A stretch of 64,000 nt of DNA from the NCBI RefSeq assembly GCF_009914755.1, contig NC_060944.1; one strand, 5' to 3'. Made by a program: the position numbers and the translations under genes. Source of the stretch: the human T2T-CHM13v2.0 reference genome, Homo sapiens. The notes beneath the pieces are model-generated. The model did no database searches. It had not been told where the DNA came from and was given only the letters and a program-made list of their open reading frames with translations. Each line of letters begins with the position of its first letter. The first letter of the stretch is position 1. Shown here in pieces: positions 13,601-27,887 of this stretch.

Positions 13601-16600
13601 GCCGGGGAAGCTTAAATGAACTATCTGTTCCATATTAAGAAATACCAAGTCACATTTTTTGTCAATTATTATTTGTCAGATGCCATTTGCTGCAAAACCC
13701 GGAATTCAATCCCAGCTTGAACACACAGCTAATACCAAACGGCTCACTAATAGCCGCGGTCGTACATGGGATCATTTGCAGTGAACAAACCCCCTTCCTC
13801 TATAAACTGTTTCAGGGATTGGAAAGAAAAGCATGTGAAGCTCTGGAATAAATAAAGCACCGTGCCTTGAGCTGCCCAGTACATGACCCTTGCATGCTGT
13901 GAGAACAGGCTCAAAATGACCCAAGAGCAAGTGCCCACTTCGCAATTTTGTAAGAATGCTTCCGAGAAAGGATTTTAGATGATGTAGGTAAATCTCATTG
14001 TTTTTGACCTGCAATAGAAAGAACCAGCTCGCTTCTTGAAGGACCAGCATCCCCAGTCACTGCCTCTACACACATGTCCACCTGCATCTGGAATCCAGGG
14101 TCCAAGCAACAGACATCACGGGTGTCTCCTCCCCGCTCCTGGTGACGTCATCTCCTCAGCTCAACTCCACGTTGATCTGGGATCCATCAAGTTGGAGCAA
14201 TTTGAGTGTGTAAAGCTAAATGTGTTATCATTTTCACCACAAATTAACAGTTTCTATGTAAATATTGGTAGTTCCTCACCCCATGAAGGCGAGAGAAGGC
14301 AAAATGGCACCGGCGCATTTGATTTAAACTAATTAAAAGCAGAGGGTTGTGCAATTCAATATATTGATTTTACCAGTGGGACTTAAATCTTTTATAATAA
14401 GTGTACACAGCTGCAGTGCTCTCCCACCACTACGCTGTAAAGGCTAATCCGCACATTCCTTCTGACAATAACATGACAGGTCCCACACATCCCTGCCTGT
14501 GCCCTAACCCCGGTGACAGTGCCAGAGTGCATTAAGGCGAAGCCTTGCAGTGGCTTGCCAAGAAACCAGTGTGCCAACAGCCCCCCCGCTAAGACTGAAG
14601 AGTGAGCGTGAAAGAATTAATGTGGCCAGAAGCATGGTGCAAAGGGCTCCCCATTCAAAATATTCAGGCTGTTACACGGATGGGCAGATGGGGAAGGGTG
14701 GAGACGGGGGAGACTTAGGGCACGCTGATTCTTGCAATGGGCCAAATATGACCTTACCAAATGAGGGAGAGATATTAAAGTGATAGGAGTGATCAATCAA
14801 CTTAGATGGGACTCTCCCTGGAATGAAGTCACCAGTTGTCTCTGAGTTCAGCGGACACGTGATATTCACTCACATCGCAGGCATTCCGGTGGTGAGGGGA
14901 TCGCGCACCAGCTGTGTTTATCTCGGCAAAGGCTTGAGAGCCTACTACGCCATGGTAAAGCCCCAAACCGTAGCTTGAGAGGGCTGCATCTCAAAAGCGG
15001 TTTCGTCTGTCTGTGCATTCAGACAATCATCCCCCTTGCTGCCCTGAAACTGATTTGCAAGTGGGCCATCTCTGTTACCCCTTCCATGGGGACCGCTCCA
15101 CAACCGAATGACAACCCTGGAACCAAAACCAAAAACAGCCACCCAAGTTGGCATCCAGGGCTCAGCCTTACCCTGCCTTGATTCCAGAAGGAAAATACAT
15201 AGAAAATGAAAAAAGTTCAAAGCTGGGTCACATACATGCTTGGGAAAAGTGGAGGAAAATCTTTGATTTATATAAGCAGGAAAATGAGGTTTAAAAGAAG
15301 TGATTTTGAAAGGGTTACGAAAAACACAGCTGTTGGTGCACTCCTATAGCAAAGGCGCTCTGCAGAAAGAAAGAAGGGGGGAGCTGTGTGACATCTATAT
15401 TAACCTTTGGCTGCTCACCAGTGAGGGCCGGCGCTCCGAGTGCTGGAATGTGGAGCAGCCCCTTCCAAATTTTAACACAAGCCAGGTTACAGCTGCAAAT
15501 GCCTGCAGTCCACGCTCCCCTTTGCGAAGCACTCCCTGAAGGAAATTTTTAAACTGTAACAGAATCTTTTTCTAATACTCTACAGTGGTAGGGCCTGCTC
15601 TTGACGGGCAGTGGGAGAGGTCTTAATGCCAAACACTTGTCAACAAAAAGGACAGCCAGATGGCATAAAGCAAAAATCAAACTGCACGGCCTTCTCCCTA
15701 CTCTTCAGCTACATTAACAAAAGCCACTTTTATAGGCTGACTCCAATAATGATAGGTTTCCAACTTTCTCTTCTTTTCCTTCAAAGATTACACAAATTTC
15801 ATGCCTTCATTACCTGGACCAGAGATAAACATGATGACTTCCACTCCCCTAGTGCCAGCCGGCTACTTTACAAGATTCCTAACAGAGCTGCTGGATCTTC
15901 CCAGAGAAAGAATGGTAACGGGCTATGGCTAGATGCAGTGTGCGGAGTCGCCATTGCCTGGGGATTATTTAAGAGAGGGTAGCTGTTTTGAATTCCAAAA
16001 TTAAGTCTACAAAGAGGAGTCGGGGTTGTTAATCCAAACCAGTTTACAAATCTTGCCATTGAACTTAAGGGGCCCAGGCTGGGAAGATGGGAGTCTCACT
16101 CAGGCAGCTCAGTTCACATTGCCTGGGGCTTTATGGTACAGGCTGGGCTTTGTCATAAGGTGCGGCCTTTAGTCCTCATTCCCACCACCTGGTTTTGTCG
16201 TAAATTCCCCTCTAGTTTCCCCTCTAGTTTAGATCCCGCTCAGCCTGGCAAAAAACTTGAATTCCAAGAACGACTTATAGGAACAAAAACCAGTTTGGCG
16301 GCAGACAGAAGGAAGAATAAATGCACCAGGTCTGCAAAAGCCTTCAGAATTCAGGCAAGGGTCCCCCCTCCCGCGCACGCAGGCCGCCTGCCTGCAAGAC
16401 AGCAGAGCTCTGCAGTGCAGGGCGAAGGGGCAGCAGAGGCTGCCAAGATCCTCACCCATGCCCCCCCCGCCAAACTCCCACCATAATAAGAAGTAATAGT
16501 TTGATATGTGCAAGTGATATTTTCTCACTCTTATGTAAATTGTGAGAATAAACTTGCCTTTAGAAAACTTCGAATACTACAGATCAACATGATTTGCAAT

Positions 16601-17959
16601 CCAAGGAAAAACACTATAGCAGTACTTTCTCAGCAAACTCAGTGGCCAGACAAGTCTCCTACACCTCCCCCCAACCCTCTCCAACCCTACTGCCACCCCC
16701 AAGTCCCTCCTATGGAGAAATTCCAAGCTACAACAGGATAGAAGGGACAGGCCATTTATTTGTGTGCTGCTGCTTAGCAGAAATTAAAGGCCAACATTAG
16801 AAGCATCTACAGGAAGTGTCTCGCCAAACTGCAGCCCAGGTCTTCACCTAACTAATGACCTCGAGTTTAGGGACAGAGAGAGAAAGAAAACAAGGTCAGT
16901 GCGCTCTGTTAAAAGCGACTCTGCCATCTAATTTGGAGTGATGTCCCAGAAAGCTAGACCTGAGAAAGTCAGGGTCCCACAAAGCCCAAAGCCAGCCTGA
17001 CTGATTAAGAGGCTCAGACAAGCCGGTCTTTGTCCTTTCAAGATGAAAGAAATGGATTGAAAGGTGTATGTACAGCCAGAGGAGGAAAACCACCCAGCTG
17101 TGGCCTTCCCAAACAAGTCCCAGCTTGCTCCTGCCGCCATGGGGGGAGCAAATAGCCCGCACCAAAGTTCCCAGAGGCACCCTCCGAGCAACCTGGTCTT
17201 TCTCTTGGGGACAGGGAGCCCCGGGGCCTAGCCCACACTGCCGGCCCATAAGCACTGGGGGCTTTTTTGCTCTTGGTTTGCAGGGCCTTCTGCAGAAGCC
17301 AGAGATTACAAATACCTTTTTAATGATTCCAGCCAGGCTCTGAAGGCAGCCACTGGGACCTGCACATTCAGTGGGAGTCCGGGGTACCCAACAGAAGGGA
17401 AGATGCTATAAATCCCCCACCAGAGAAAGGGCCCTGGCTAACCCCAGGCTTCAGGAGGGCGACAGAGCTCTGCGTTCATTATTTATATGTATGTATTTGG
17501 AATTTTCCTTTAGTTTTTGGTATAGTTAATAAATACACATTGTTTTAAAAAAATCACAAATACAGAAGTGCAGACGACGAAAAATCAGACCCCACCTCCC
17601 ACTCCGTAAGCCCCAGCTATGCCCCCGCCTCTCTACCCCTCCAGTAAAATCTCTCTCCAGTTCCTGGTGTCTTCCTCCAGGAGGACACGATGATATACAA
17701 GCACACATGCAGCCCACTCATCTGCACCTTGCTTCTTTCCACCTCATACATCTTGGAGATGGTTCTAAATCAGGTCATATGTTGCTGCTTCCTTCTTAAC
17801 TGGCTGCTTAGTATAATTTAAACTTTTTTGAAGGTATTTTGGCATCTAAACCTCCCACCCCTTGCTCGCTGAAGCTTGGTTCACTAGTTGGATTTAGTTA
17901 TTATTAAGTACAGACAATGGCCTCCCGGGAACTCCAGGGACCTTATCAGGAGGGGGAAG

Positions 17960-19126
<1,167 letters not shown>

Positions 19127-19439
19127 TCACATGACCGAGCCCCGCGCTTTGAACGGCCCTTGCCTCCAGCCCCAGAGATGCGGCCGGCGGCGTAACATGG
19201 AGGGGACTTCGGAGGATCCCTCCTTCCCAGTAACCCCTACAGGCTCACCGAACCCAGCGCGCCCGACCTGGGGGCGCACACAGCTTGGGAGTCATAGGGC
19301 TGTGGGTGGGAGACCCTCGGGCAGGCACTGCGATTTCAGCCAGGAGCGGAAAGCTGGGCGGGCTGCATAGAAGAAGCGGCTCCCTCCCTCCCAGTCTCAA
19401 AGTGCCCCCGAAAGGAGACGCGTACCCTCGCCTGCCCTT

Positions 19440-19445
19440 ACTCAC
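19440..19445 (-). other. BMP7: BMP7 exon 1 splice donor (phase 1)
   Basis: Minus strand reads CTCG|GTGAGTAA, a consensus 5' splice site. Confidence 0.95.
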
Positions 19446-19863
19446 CGAGGTTGACGAAGCTCATGACCATGTCGGCGTCGGTGAGGAAATGGCTATCTTG
19501 CAGGCTGGCCAGAGGGGGGCCCTGGGTACTGAAGACGGCCTTGTAGGGGTAGGAGAAGCCCTGGCCGCCGGGCCCGCCGCCCTCCTCCACCGCCATGGCG
19601 TTGTACAGGTCCAGCATGAACATGGGTGCCGAGTTGTGCTTGCCCTGGAGGTGCGGGCGCGGGCGGTGGGGCAAGCCCAAAATGGAGAGGATCTCGCGCT
19701 GCATCTCCCGCCGCTCCTGGCTGCGGAGGCGCCGGTGGATGAAGCTCGAGTGCACCTCGTTGTCCAGGCTGAAGTCGGCCAGGGCGGAGCGCAGCAGGAA
19801 CAGGGGTGCCCAGAGCGCCACGAAGCTGTGCGGCGCCGCAGCTCGCAGTGAGCGCACGTGCAT
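19446..19863 (-). CDS. BMP7: Bone morphogenetic protein 7 (OP-1), coding exon 1 (signal peptide and start of prodomain)
   Basis: Translation [70 protein letters not shown]...[11 protein letters not shown] is the BMP7 N-terminus; ATG = CAT at 19861-19863; 418 nt (139 codons + 1) ending at a GTGAGT donor. Confidence 0.99.
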
Positions 19864-20392
19864 CGCGCCGGCTCTACGCGCTACCCGGGCTCCGGGCTCC
19901 GGGCCCGCACCGCCCCAGGTGGCAGAGGGGGCAGGCGGCCGTCCGCGCCGCTCGGTCACTTGCTGCAGACGGGCCCCGCTGCGCCCGCGCCAGACATGGC
20001 CCCTCCCCGGCCGGCCGCGCTCTGCCCGGACCCCCGCCCCCTGCTCGGTGCTGGCCCCGGGCCCCTCGCCCCGCACTCGCCCGGGCGCACCGCAGGGCTT
20101 GGAAAGCAGCCCCGGCGAACGAAAAGGCGAGTGAGGAGGCGGGCGCGGGTGGGAGGAGCAGCCAGCAAGCCTAGGAGTCCAGAGAGCCAACGCCGGGGAG
20201 GCAGCGAGGAGGCAGGCGGGCGGGCGAGCGCTCCTTCTTCCCGCTCCTCTGGCGCTCTCGCCCTCGGGCGGCGGCAACCCACCCTCTTCCAACCTCCGGC
20301 GCGGATAGCAGGGGCCCCGGGGCGCTCTCCCAGCCTTGTGCGCCCTGGATCGCACAAGAGGCCGCCTCGGGAGCGCCAGAGTGGTACGCGCT
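19864..20392 (-). other. BMP7: BMP7 GC-rich 5'UTR (TSS approximate, ~20380-20392)
   Basis: Very GC-rich leader upstream of the ATG; TSS placed from my recollection of the mRNA 5' end (AGCGCGTACCAC...), not verifiable here. Confidence 0.6.
19956..19997 (-). other. Upstream ORF in BMP7 5'UTR ([13 protein letters not shown])
   Basis: GCCATGT context at 19995-19997; TGA stop 92 nt before the main ATG; only AUG seen in the leader. Confidence 0.6.
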
Positions 20393-20403
20393 GGGGCCTG
20401 GGC

Positions 20404-20424
20404 GGAGGAGGAGGAGGAGGAGGA
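20404..20424 (+). repeat. (GGA)7 microsatellite next to the BMP7 TSS
   Basis: ggaggaggaggaggaggagga. Confidence 0.9.
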
Positions 20425-22084
20425 CGGGCTTCGAGGGGCCCCTCCCGCGCCGGCGGCCTCCCACCTGCCCTCGGCCCCGCCCTCCCCCCAGCTGTGCCCA
20501 GTGGGTTCATTCATTCCCTCTAGAGCGCTCGACAAATGTTTACTGAGTGCCCACGGGGTGCCTAGAGCCTGGCGGGACGTCGCGGGGATGCGGCTGGAGG
20601 AATCGGAGCCGGCCCTGCCCTCTCGGCACTCGCGGTCCGGACCAGGAAGGCGGCCCGAGCAGGACGGGTGGGCTGCGGACCGCGGTGGGAAAAGTTGGGG
20701 GAGCGCGGAGGTGGCGCGGAAATAGAAGGCTTCCTGGAAGCGGTGACCCTTGAGCCGGTCTTGCCCCTCAGTCCCTGTATCCTTTTAAGCCAGCCACGCT
20801 GACCCCTCCGCGCCTCCCTGAAGCCGTTGCCAGCCTGTCTCTGCGCTCGCCATTCCCTCCGCCTGGACCTCTCCCCACTCACCACCTCCCGCCCCCATCA
20901 GACGCTGCTTTCTCCTCCCAGAGACCTCCAAGACCTGCCAAGCTGAGGTTGTTTCCTCGCCTCGCCCCTCGCACGTTTGTTTTCTTTCCTGTAGTTTCTC
21001 TTGCTGTCTGGAATTGCTGTTTGAGTTACTCCGTGCCTTCTTTATTGCCTTCTTACCCCCGCTAGACACCCAGAGCACTGGGGCCCGGATCAGCGATCTT
21101 CTCCGCACCTCTGGTACCCGCAGTGCCTTGAACCCAGCGCCTGGTAGCCACTGTAGCTGCGCAGTCACGATTTGTTGAGTGAATAAGTGAACTGCGTGTG
21201 AGCTGGGGGGGTTCTTCCCACCTCCTCCTCTTCGGGGCCCTGTATCTTTCCAGCCACCCCTCAGCCTGAGACCAGACACCCCAGCCCCACCACTAGGGCT
21301 TCCCATCAGCCCTCCTCGTGGCAGTGCCTGGGGAGCCAGCCGCTGGTCTTCACATCCTCTTCCCCTCCAAGGGTCTGTGCCTGAGACCTCCCCATCGGCC
21401 TCCTCTCCTGTCTCTCCTCATCCATTCATCCCTCAATCAATACCGAGCCATGCACGCTGTCACAGGGAGTCCCCAGACCACTCAGAACCCACCGGTCCCT
21501 CTGCCGGTGTGGGATCTCAAGGGAATTACTGCACCCAGAGTGGCAGTGAGGGCAGCGGGGTAAAAGTTCATCCTGTCTCCTTCCCCTCCTGGGGCTGGGT
21601 GAGAGAGTGGGTCCCCAGAGGGCCTTTGGGATGAACTGGGAAGGGCTGAGGTTGGGGAAGCGGGGGCGCTTGTCTGGGAGGGGCTCTGGCTAAGCCTCAC
21701 TTTGGGGCTGTCCTTCCTGGAGCAGGAGAGCTGGGGAAGAGAATTATGGTCTTCTACAGTTTTCTGGAGCAGAAGTAGTTTGGCCAAGTGGCCCTCTGGG
21801 TCTCCCTTGGGGACTTTTGGACTAGATGGCAGCCTGAGGGGCCACATGGGTGGAGAAAGGGGAGGCCAGAGGCCAGGCAAGGAGCAGAAAAATGCCAGCC
21901 TGCAGGTCCTGGCCATTTACACACAGGCCCCAGGCTGTGGGATGGAACAGGTCTTGAGCCCCATGCCAGGGAGGGGCCTCTACCCACCCACCAGGCAAGG
22001 CCCTCAAACCACCCCCACCACCTGCTCTTCATCCATTCACTCCTTCCTTCAACAGACAAGCATGGAGCACAGGATATCAGGAGG

Positions 22085-22260
22085 CGAGCTGTGGGGCCTG
22101 CAACCTGGACAGTCGTACAGGGCCCCCCAGCTCTTAAGGGCCCCACACTTGGTTTCCTACTCTGAGGTCACCATATGTGGTTCTGAATCACCTATGAACA
22201 AAGTACCCCCTGCCCCGTACTAATTTTGCACCTGGCCCAGATATTATGTGGCCAGTCCCA
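22085..22260. mobile_element. MER91-like hAT-Tip100 fragment
   Basis: CAGGGCCCC...CACACTTGGTTT...TTTTGCACCTGGCCCAGATATTATGTGGCCAGTCC. Confidence 0.5.
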
Positions 22261-23478
22261 GGGCCAAGCACCATGCTGGGCAGGAAGACATGGCCATGAG
22301 CGAACCCACATGGCAGACTCCATCAAGGAGCCGGCCTCCAGGCCAGGGAAGCAAAGCAAGAGCCTTAAATAAGATTCAGGGACTGAAGGAGAGGCAGATC
22401 TTGTCTATCACTCTCTCTGGAAACAATTCAGAAGCCAGGCAGAGGAGGACATGCAGGAGGGAGAAGGAAAGGTGGGCATCCTGGCAAGCAGGAATCCTAC
22501 CCCAGGGAGACTGGGGAAATTGCAGGAGTGCCACAGTCGTCCAGGGTCCATCTGAGAGTGTACAACTGGAGAGCCTGGGTCACTTCAGCCTGCAATAAGT
22601 GACAGGCAGTGGGGGCGGGGGCGCAGATAAACAGGGTGAGGTGATGGAGGGTGGGAAGGGGAGTTTTTGGAGGAGATGCCACTGACCTGAGTCCTGAAAG
22701 ACAAGAAAGAGACAGGCTTTTCCAGGGAAAGGCATCCCAGGTGGAGGAACAGCAAGTGCTTGAGCCCTGCAGAGCAGGGAACAGAAACCAGGCTCGGTCC
22801 CCAGCCCTGCACACGCCCTCCAGCGCTGGCTTGCTAGGGACAGGCTATGCCACCTCCAGTGCCAGTAGAGAAAAAGGAGGTCATTTTCTTCCAAAGTCTG
22901 AAATAATAAGGAGCCAAAGCAGCCCTGTTCTTCAGTAGTAGTCTCTGCTTTTTATCTACTCTCAAATCTTTTGGAGGGATCTTCACAAGCAGGTGAGGCT
23001 GGGGGCAGGGGCAGCAGGTCTTGGTGCTACAATTTACATATGAAACAACTGATCCGTCAGTGTCTAAGCAAGGATTCTAGTTTACCCTTCTTTGTGCATC
23101 TCACCTGAGCCTATTCTGAGCCTGGCACACAGCAGGTGCTCAATTAGTACCTGTTGAATGAATAGTAATAAGCACAGCCAAAACCTAAAGAGACCGGTTG
23201 ACTGAGGGCTGACTGTGCAGGCGCCAAGCTAAGGCATCTCCCAGATCCCTCACCCCAGCAACCCTTCCTCTGAGACGCCATCTTTTCTCATGCAAGAGGA
23301 AGAGACAACATGCTCTTCATATCCAAGACCTCAAGAGATAAGGTTTCCTCTGAAGTCCCACAAACCCCCATTTAGCCTTATCTTTTCTGTGATCCATGCT
23401 TGGTGGGGGGGTCTTTCTTTTCCCTGTTTCCTCCCCGAGAGGCATCCCCAAGACTGCACCAGGCCCTCAGTGAATGCC

Positions 23479-23520
23479 GAATGAATGAATGAATGAATGA
23501 ATGAATGAATGAATGAATGA
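23479..23520 (+). repeat. (GAAT)10 microsatellite
   Basis: Perfect GAAT array, probably seeded from an L2 3' tail. Confidence 0.9.
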
Positions 23521-25436
23521 AAACCGGCAAGCAAGAAATATCTGGCTGGGAGTGCATCCGATGCCAGTTTGGGAGCTGAGCCCACCACCAGAAAAGGCTT
23601 TGAGATTGCCGAGGGCAAGTCTTGTGTGGAGGAGGTAGCCTGGGCACTGGAGCCTGCCCAGCCGCATTCACACTCCAGCTCTGTCTCTTCCAGCTGTGCA
23701 CCATGGGCAAGGGACTTAACCTCTCTACACCTCAGTTCCCCCATCTGTAAAATGGGGTGACTGATAGCGCCTGTCTTCTGGGATCGCTGTGAGGTTGCAG
23801 AACTTAATTCATGGAAAGGGCTTTGCACAGTGCCTGGAACACAGAGAAAACCCTTGATAAATGTTATTGTGTTACCATCTGGATGAAAAGGAAAATATGG
23901 TAACAGGAAAGCCTCCTGAGTTACAAAATAACAACAAAACTTTTCATGATGGTCTGCTTTTTGGCCAAGCAGAGAAAAGCAGATGTATCCTGACTCTGAG
24001 AGCAAGAGCAAAAGTACCAGAGCAAAAGAGAGAGTGAAGTGGAAGGGAACATGAGAGATGAAAAGGTCATCACTGCATTCCAATCCTCACATTGTGCCTA
24101 GGCCCCCTGCAGGCCAGCTGGGGCCCAGGGACTTCCCTGGGTCCTATCTCATTTCCCCAGCAGCTAGCCCCCAACCCACACACCCCCAGTTGTGGTTCCC
24201 CTGGCCAGGGCACCCAGCACTGGGCTCCAGGACCGTAATCTGATCTGCCCCAGTCTGCTCCACACCTGGGGCCGCCTTTGCCTGGATGAAAGACGGCCTG
24301 GAATTGTAAGGGGTGTTATTGTGTCGGGTGGCCCGGTCCCAGTGTCCGCGCCCCTCGCCTGCTGGCCTCCCAGTGCTGGGCCAGGAGTTTTCATTTCCTA
24401 CATCATCAGTCACATCTTGCTGAAGTGATTTTGACCAAGTCAGCATGTCTCTCTAAGGCAGTAAAAAGAAGAAAAGAATTCTGCTGACACACACATTGTT
24501 CAGCGAGGTGGGGACCTCATCTTCATCCATCTGCCCTAGAGGAGGCTCAGCTGGCCTGGAAGCTCCCTGGGGAGCACAGCCAAGGAAGCCAGTGGGCTGC
24601 TCTCTCTCTGTCCACACCACCTGGCAAAGGCCAGATGACCTGGACCTCCAACCCCAACAAGGAATAGAGGGCCAAGAGCTGCCTCCTGCACAGGCTTGAA
24701 AATCGTTGTGTGCAGAGGTGGACCCTGCAGAGGAAATTATTAGAGCACACCTGTGGTGAAATTTTGTTTCCCACGCAGATCTCTCATTGCACGGGAGGCT
24801 TGGACTCCTCACGCTTGCCCACTCTGAGATTTTCTTTGCACAACTTTAAAAGCAGCAGAATAAGAGATTAAACGTCTTCCATCAGTCTTAAGTACACATG
24901 GCAGTGGCCACAGTTCCAAATGGAAAATACAGACGACACACACACTCTAGAGAAAGCTGATACCATGCAGGATTTCTAGGATCTGGAAGCCAGCTAGGGG
25001 GAAGCAGTGGTTTTGTTTATTATTATCAGGGCTGTTATTTCTTCCTTGATTGGAGGAAATCTGGTATGGTTTTGAGCACTAACTATCCTCGGTTCAGCAC
25101 TAGAGGTAGCCCTTTCCTCCTTCCAAAACGTGACAGGGGAGCGGCCGACCTGTCACCTGTTGGGAGCACTTGCTTCTGCTGGGCACCTGCTAGGCCTGCA
25201 CGGCCCAAGCCCACATCACCCGCAACTCCCCACTGCATGGAGAGGCTAGTTCTGCTCCTCAGATTGCAGAGGAGGACCAACATCCCGAGAGCACCTTGTC
25301 CAGAGTCAGACAGCCAATCTAATCTGTAATGGAGCCAGGATCCAAAGCCACATCTGTCTACACAGCCCAGGCCTTTAAGCATCAGTGCACGTTCAGTGAC
25401 CTGGGAGCAGCCCCTTCCTTCCTTGCTTTAACCTAA

Positions 25437-25600
25437 AGCAACACTTCTCCAACCCAACTGTGCGTGTGAATCCCCTGGGGGTCTGTTAGAACATAGATTC
25501 CCACAGTCAGTCTGAGTGAGCTGAGATTCTGCACTTCTAACTAGCTCCTGGGGGCTCGGAGGCTGTCGTCTTCAGGCTGTATGTTGACGATCGAGGCTCT
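25437..25600. mobile_element. MER5A-like fragment
   Basis: GAATCCCCTGGGG...CTGAGATTCTGCACTTCTAACTAGCTCC. Confidence 0.55.
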
Positions 25601-27242
25601 AGATTTCTGAAGTTATAGCTGACAAATTGGGGCTTCAAATTAAAACTTCAATATCTATGATTCCAGGTGTCTTTTAAAATTAACTCATTAATTCTCCCAA
25701 CTACCTTGTATGATTTTTATTATTATTATCCCCATTTTACAGATGAGGAAATTGAGGCTCAAATACTTGAGGGAACCTGCCCAAAGCCACACCAATGGTG
25801 AGTGAATGGTAAAATCAGAATTCTGACGCCGGCTATCTTGTTCCAGGACTTAAGTCCTTAAACATTGAGGTACACCAAAACACAGGGTTTGTCTTAGTCC
25901 TGTAGGGACCTCCCAGTACCCATGGAGGCCTTGCACACAGTAGATGCCCTATCAGTGTTTGAGGAACATACCTCTGAGCCCTTCTTCAATTCCTCCTTTA
26001 TTGCAGAAGTCATACACTCAAAAGCCAACGGGCACCAACCAGGTAACATAAATACAGAGATGCAACATGAAGCTCAAGGAATATTTCTCTTCCTCTTAAT
26101 TTAATGGAAGGCAATCATGAGCACAGACATGGTGACAGGTGGCAGGAGACACTGGCCTGGATAAATAAGGAGGGTGCAGACTGGGGTGAACTGGAAACCA
26201 CATGCCCATGGGTGATGCCATCCAGAAATTTGATTCCAACATCACCAGAAAGTTCTGATTTTCCAAAGAAGCTAGAAACTTGAGTTTGAATGTGACATCT
26301 CTCAATGTTTATCTGTTGGCAACTAATTCAACTCGTTTTGGTTATTAGACCAAAGAAGACACATCTACCAGTCAGATTCGATGAATCTGGTTTGCCCCTG
26401 GCCTCATAAAGGGCTCTGCTGTGTCTGGAGGATGTGCCCAGCCTCCCCCAACCCATCACCCAAACCAAAGGACCACCAAGGATGGTGCATTTCAAGACAG
26501 CTCCATTGAATTCATGATTCGAGGGCTACTGAGCCAGTGGTTGAAAAGGCTGGAACTGTCTGCCCCTTTAGGCAAAATCTGACCCTAACCTTCCCCAGAG
26601 TCCCTTCCCAGCAAAACTCTGCTGTTTGGCCCTGGTGACTGATCTGATAAACTCCCCCTCTCCCCAGAAACATCAAAAACCAGAATTCCATCTGCAAGAG
26701 CAGGAGTGAGTGTTCATTGCTCCTGCTTTTCAGCATCTCCCTCCTCCCAGCTAGATCTGAGCCCTCTCTTATGGTTGAGGATGCCCCATCTGGTGAATAT
26801 CCAGAGAGGCACTGTCTAGCCTGCTTTGCAGCCAGAGCCCTGACAGGTGACCAAGTTTCAGCCAGTCAGAGGCACCCACCCCAGAAGCTATCAGTGCAGG
26901 CCCAGACTATTCTGCAGAGTGATCTGGGGCCGTGTCCCAACTAGAGAGCCCCCAAGCCTGGTTCTCTGGCCTTCCCAGGGGTTCTGTGAGCCCCCAAGAT
27001 CCTCTAGTGGTCTCCTTTTCCGCACCAGCCTGCCCAAGCTGGTTTCTGTTGCCTGCAGCCAGAAGCCCTGCTGGATACAGCACTGGGGAGCTGGAGAGGG
27101 CATGGCAATCATGTCAGTTAAAAGGATACAGGCCTTCTCTTTTGTGCAGCGCTAAAACTTTTGGTCAAGGAGTTTTTCACACATGCTCGACACAGAAAAC
27201 AGAAACAGAGCTTCTTTGGTTACATAGAGCAGGGGAGGGACT

Positions 27243-27440
27243 AGGGTTACCACATTTAGCAAAAAAAAAAATAGGTGTCCAGTTCAATTTGAATTTCAGA
27301 TAAACAATGAATGAATTTTAGTATGACTATATCCCATTATATTGGAGTATATGTATTATATATACTCATACTGAAATTTACTCGTTGTTTATCTGAAGTT
27401 CAAATCGGACTGGACACCCTGCCTGTTATCAGGTGATCCC
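27243..27440. mobile_element. MER53 palindromic MITE
   Basis: AGGGTTACCACATTTAGCAAA...CCAGTTCAATTTGAATTTCAGATAAACAA...TTGTTTATCTGAAGTTCAAATCGGACTGG. Confidence 0.8.
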
Positions 27441-27533
27441 AGCAGGGGCCCAGAGTCCCCAGGCCTGTTTCTTTTCACTACCATTTTCTCTGCTCCCAGG
27501 GTTCCACAGAAAACACTTTGGAAGCTCACCTAA

Positions 27534-27887
<354 letters not shown>

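Noticed and set aside
19438-20535. 365-aa ORF extending BMP7 by 224 N-terminal residues
   Set aside because: Starts at a non-ATG codon upstream of the likely TSS; lack of stops is expected at this GC content; BMP7 begins with its signal peptide at 19863, and the ORF end reads into the intron.
19285-20725. Several 120-220 aa plus-strand ORFs over the CpG island
   Set aside because: Antisense shadows of BMP7 exon 1 and GC-rich sequence; Pro/Arg/Gly/Ala-biased with no domain character.
23331-24083. 250-aa minus-strand ORF
   Set aside because: Runs through a MIR fragment and the (GAAT)n repeat (FIHS repeats); no coding character.
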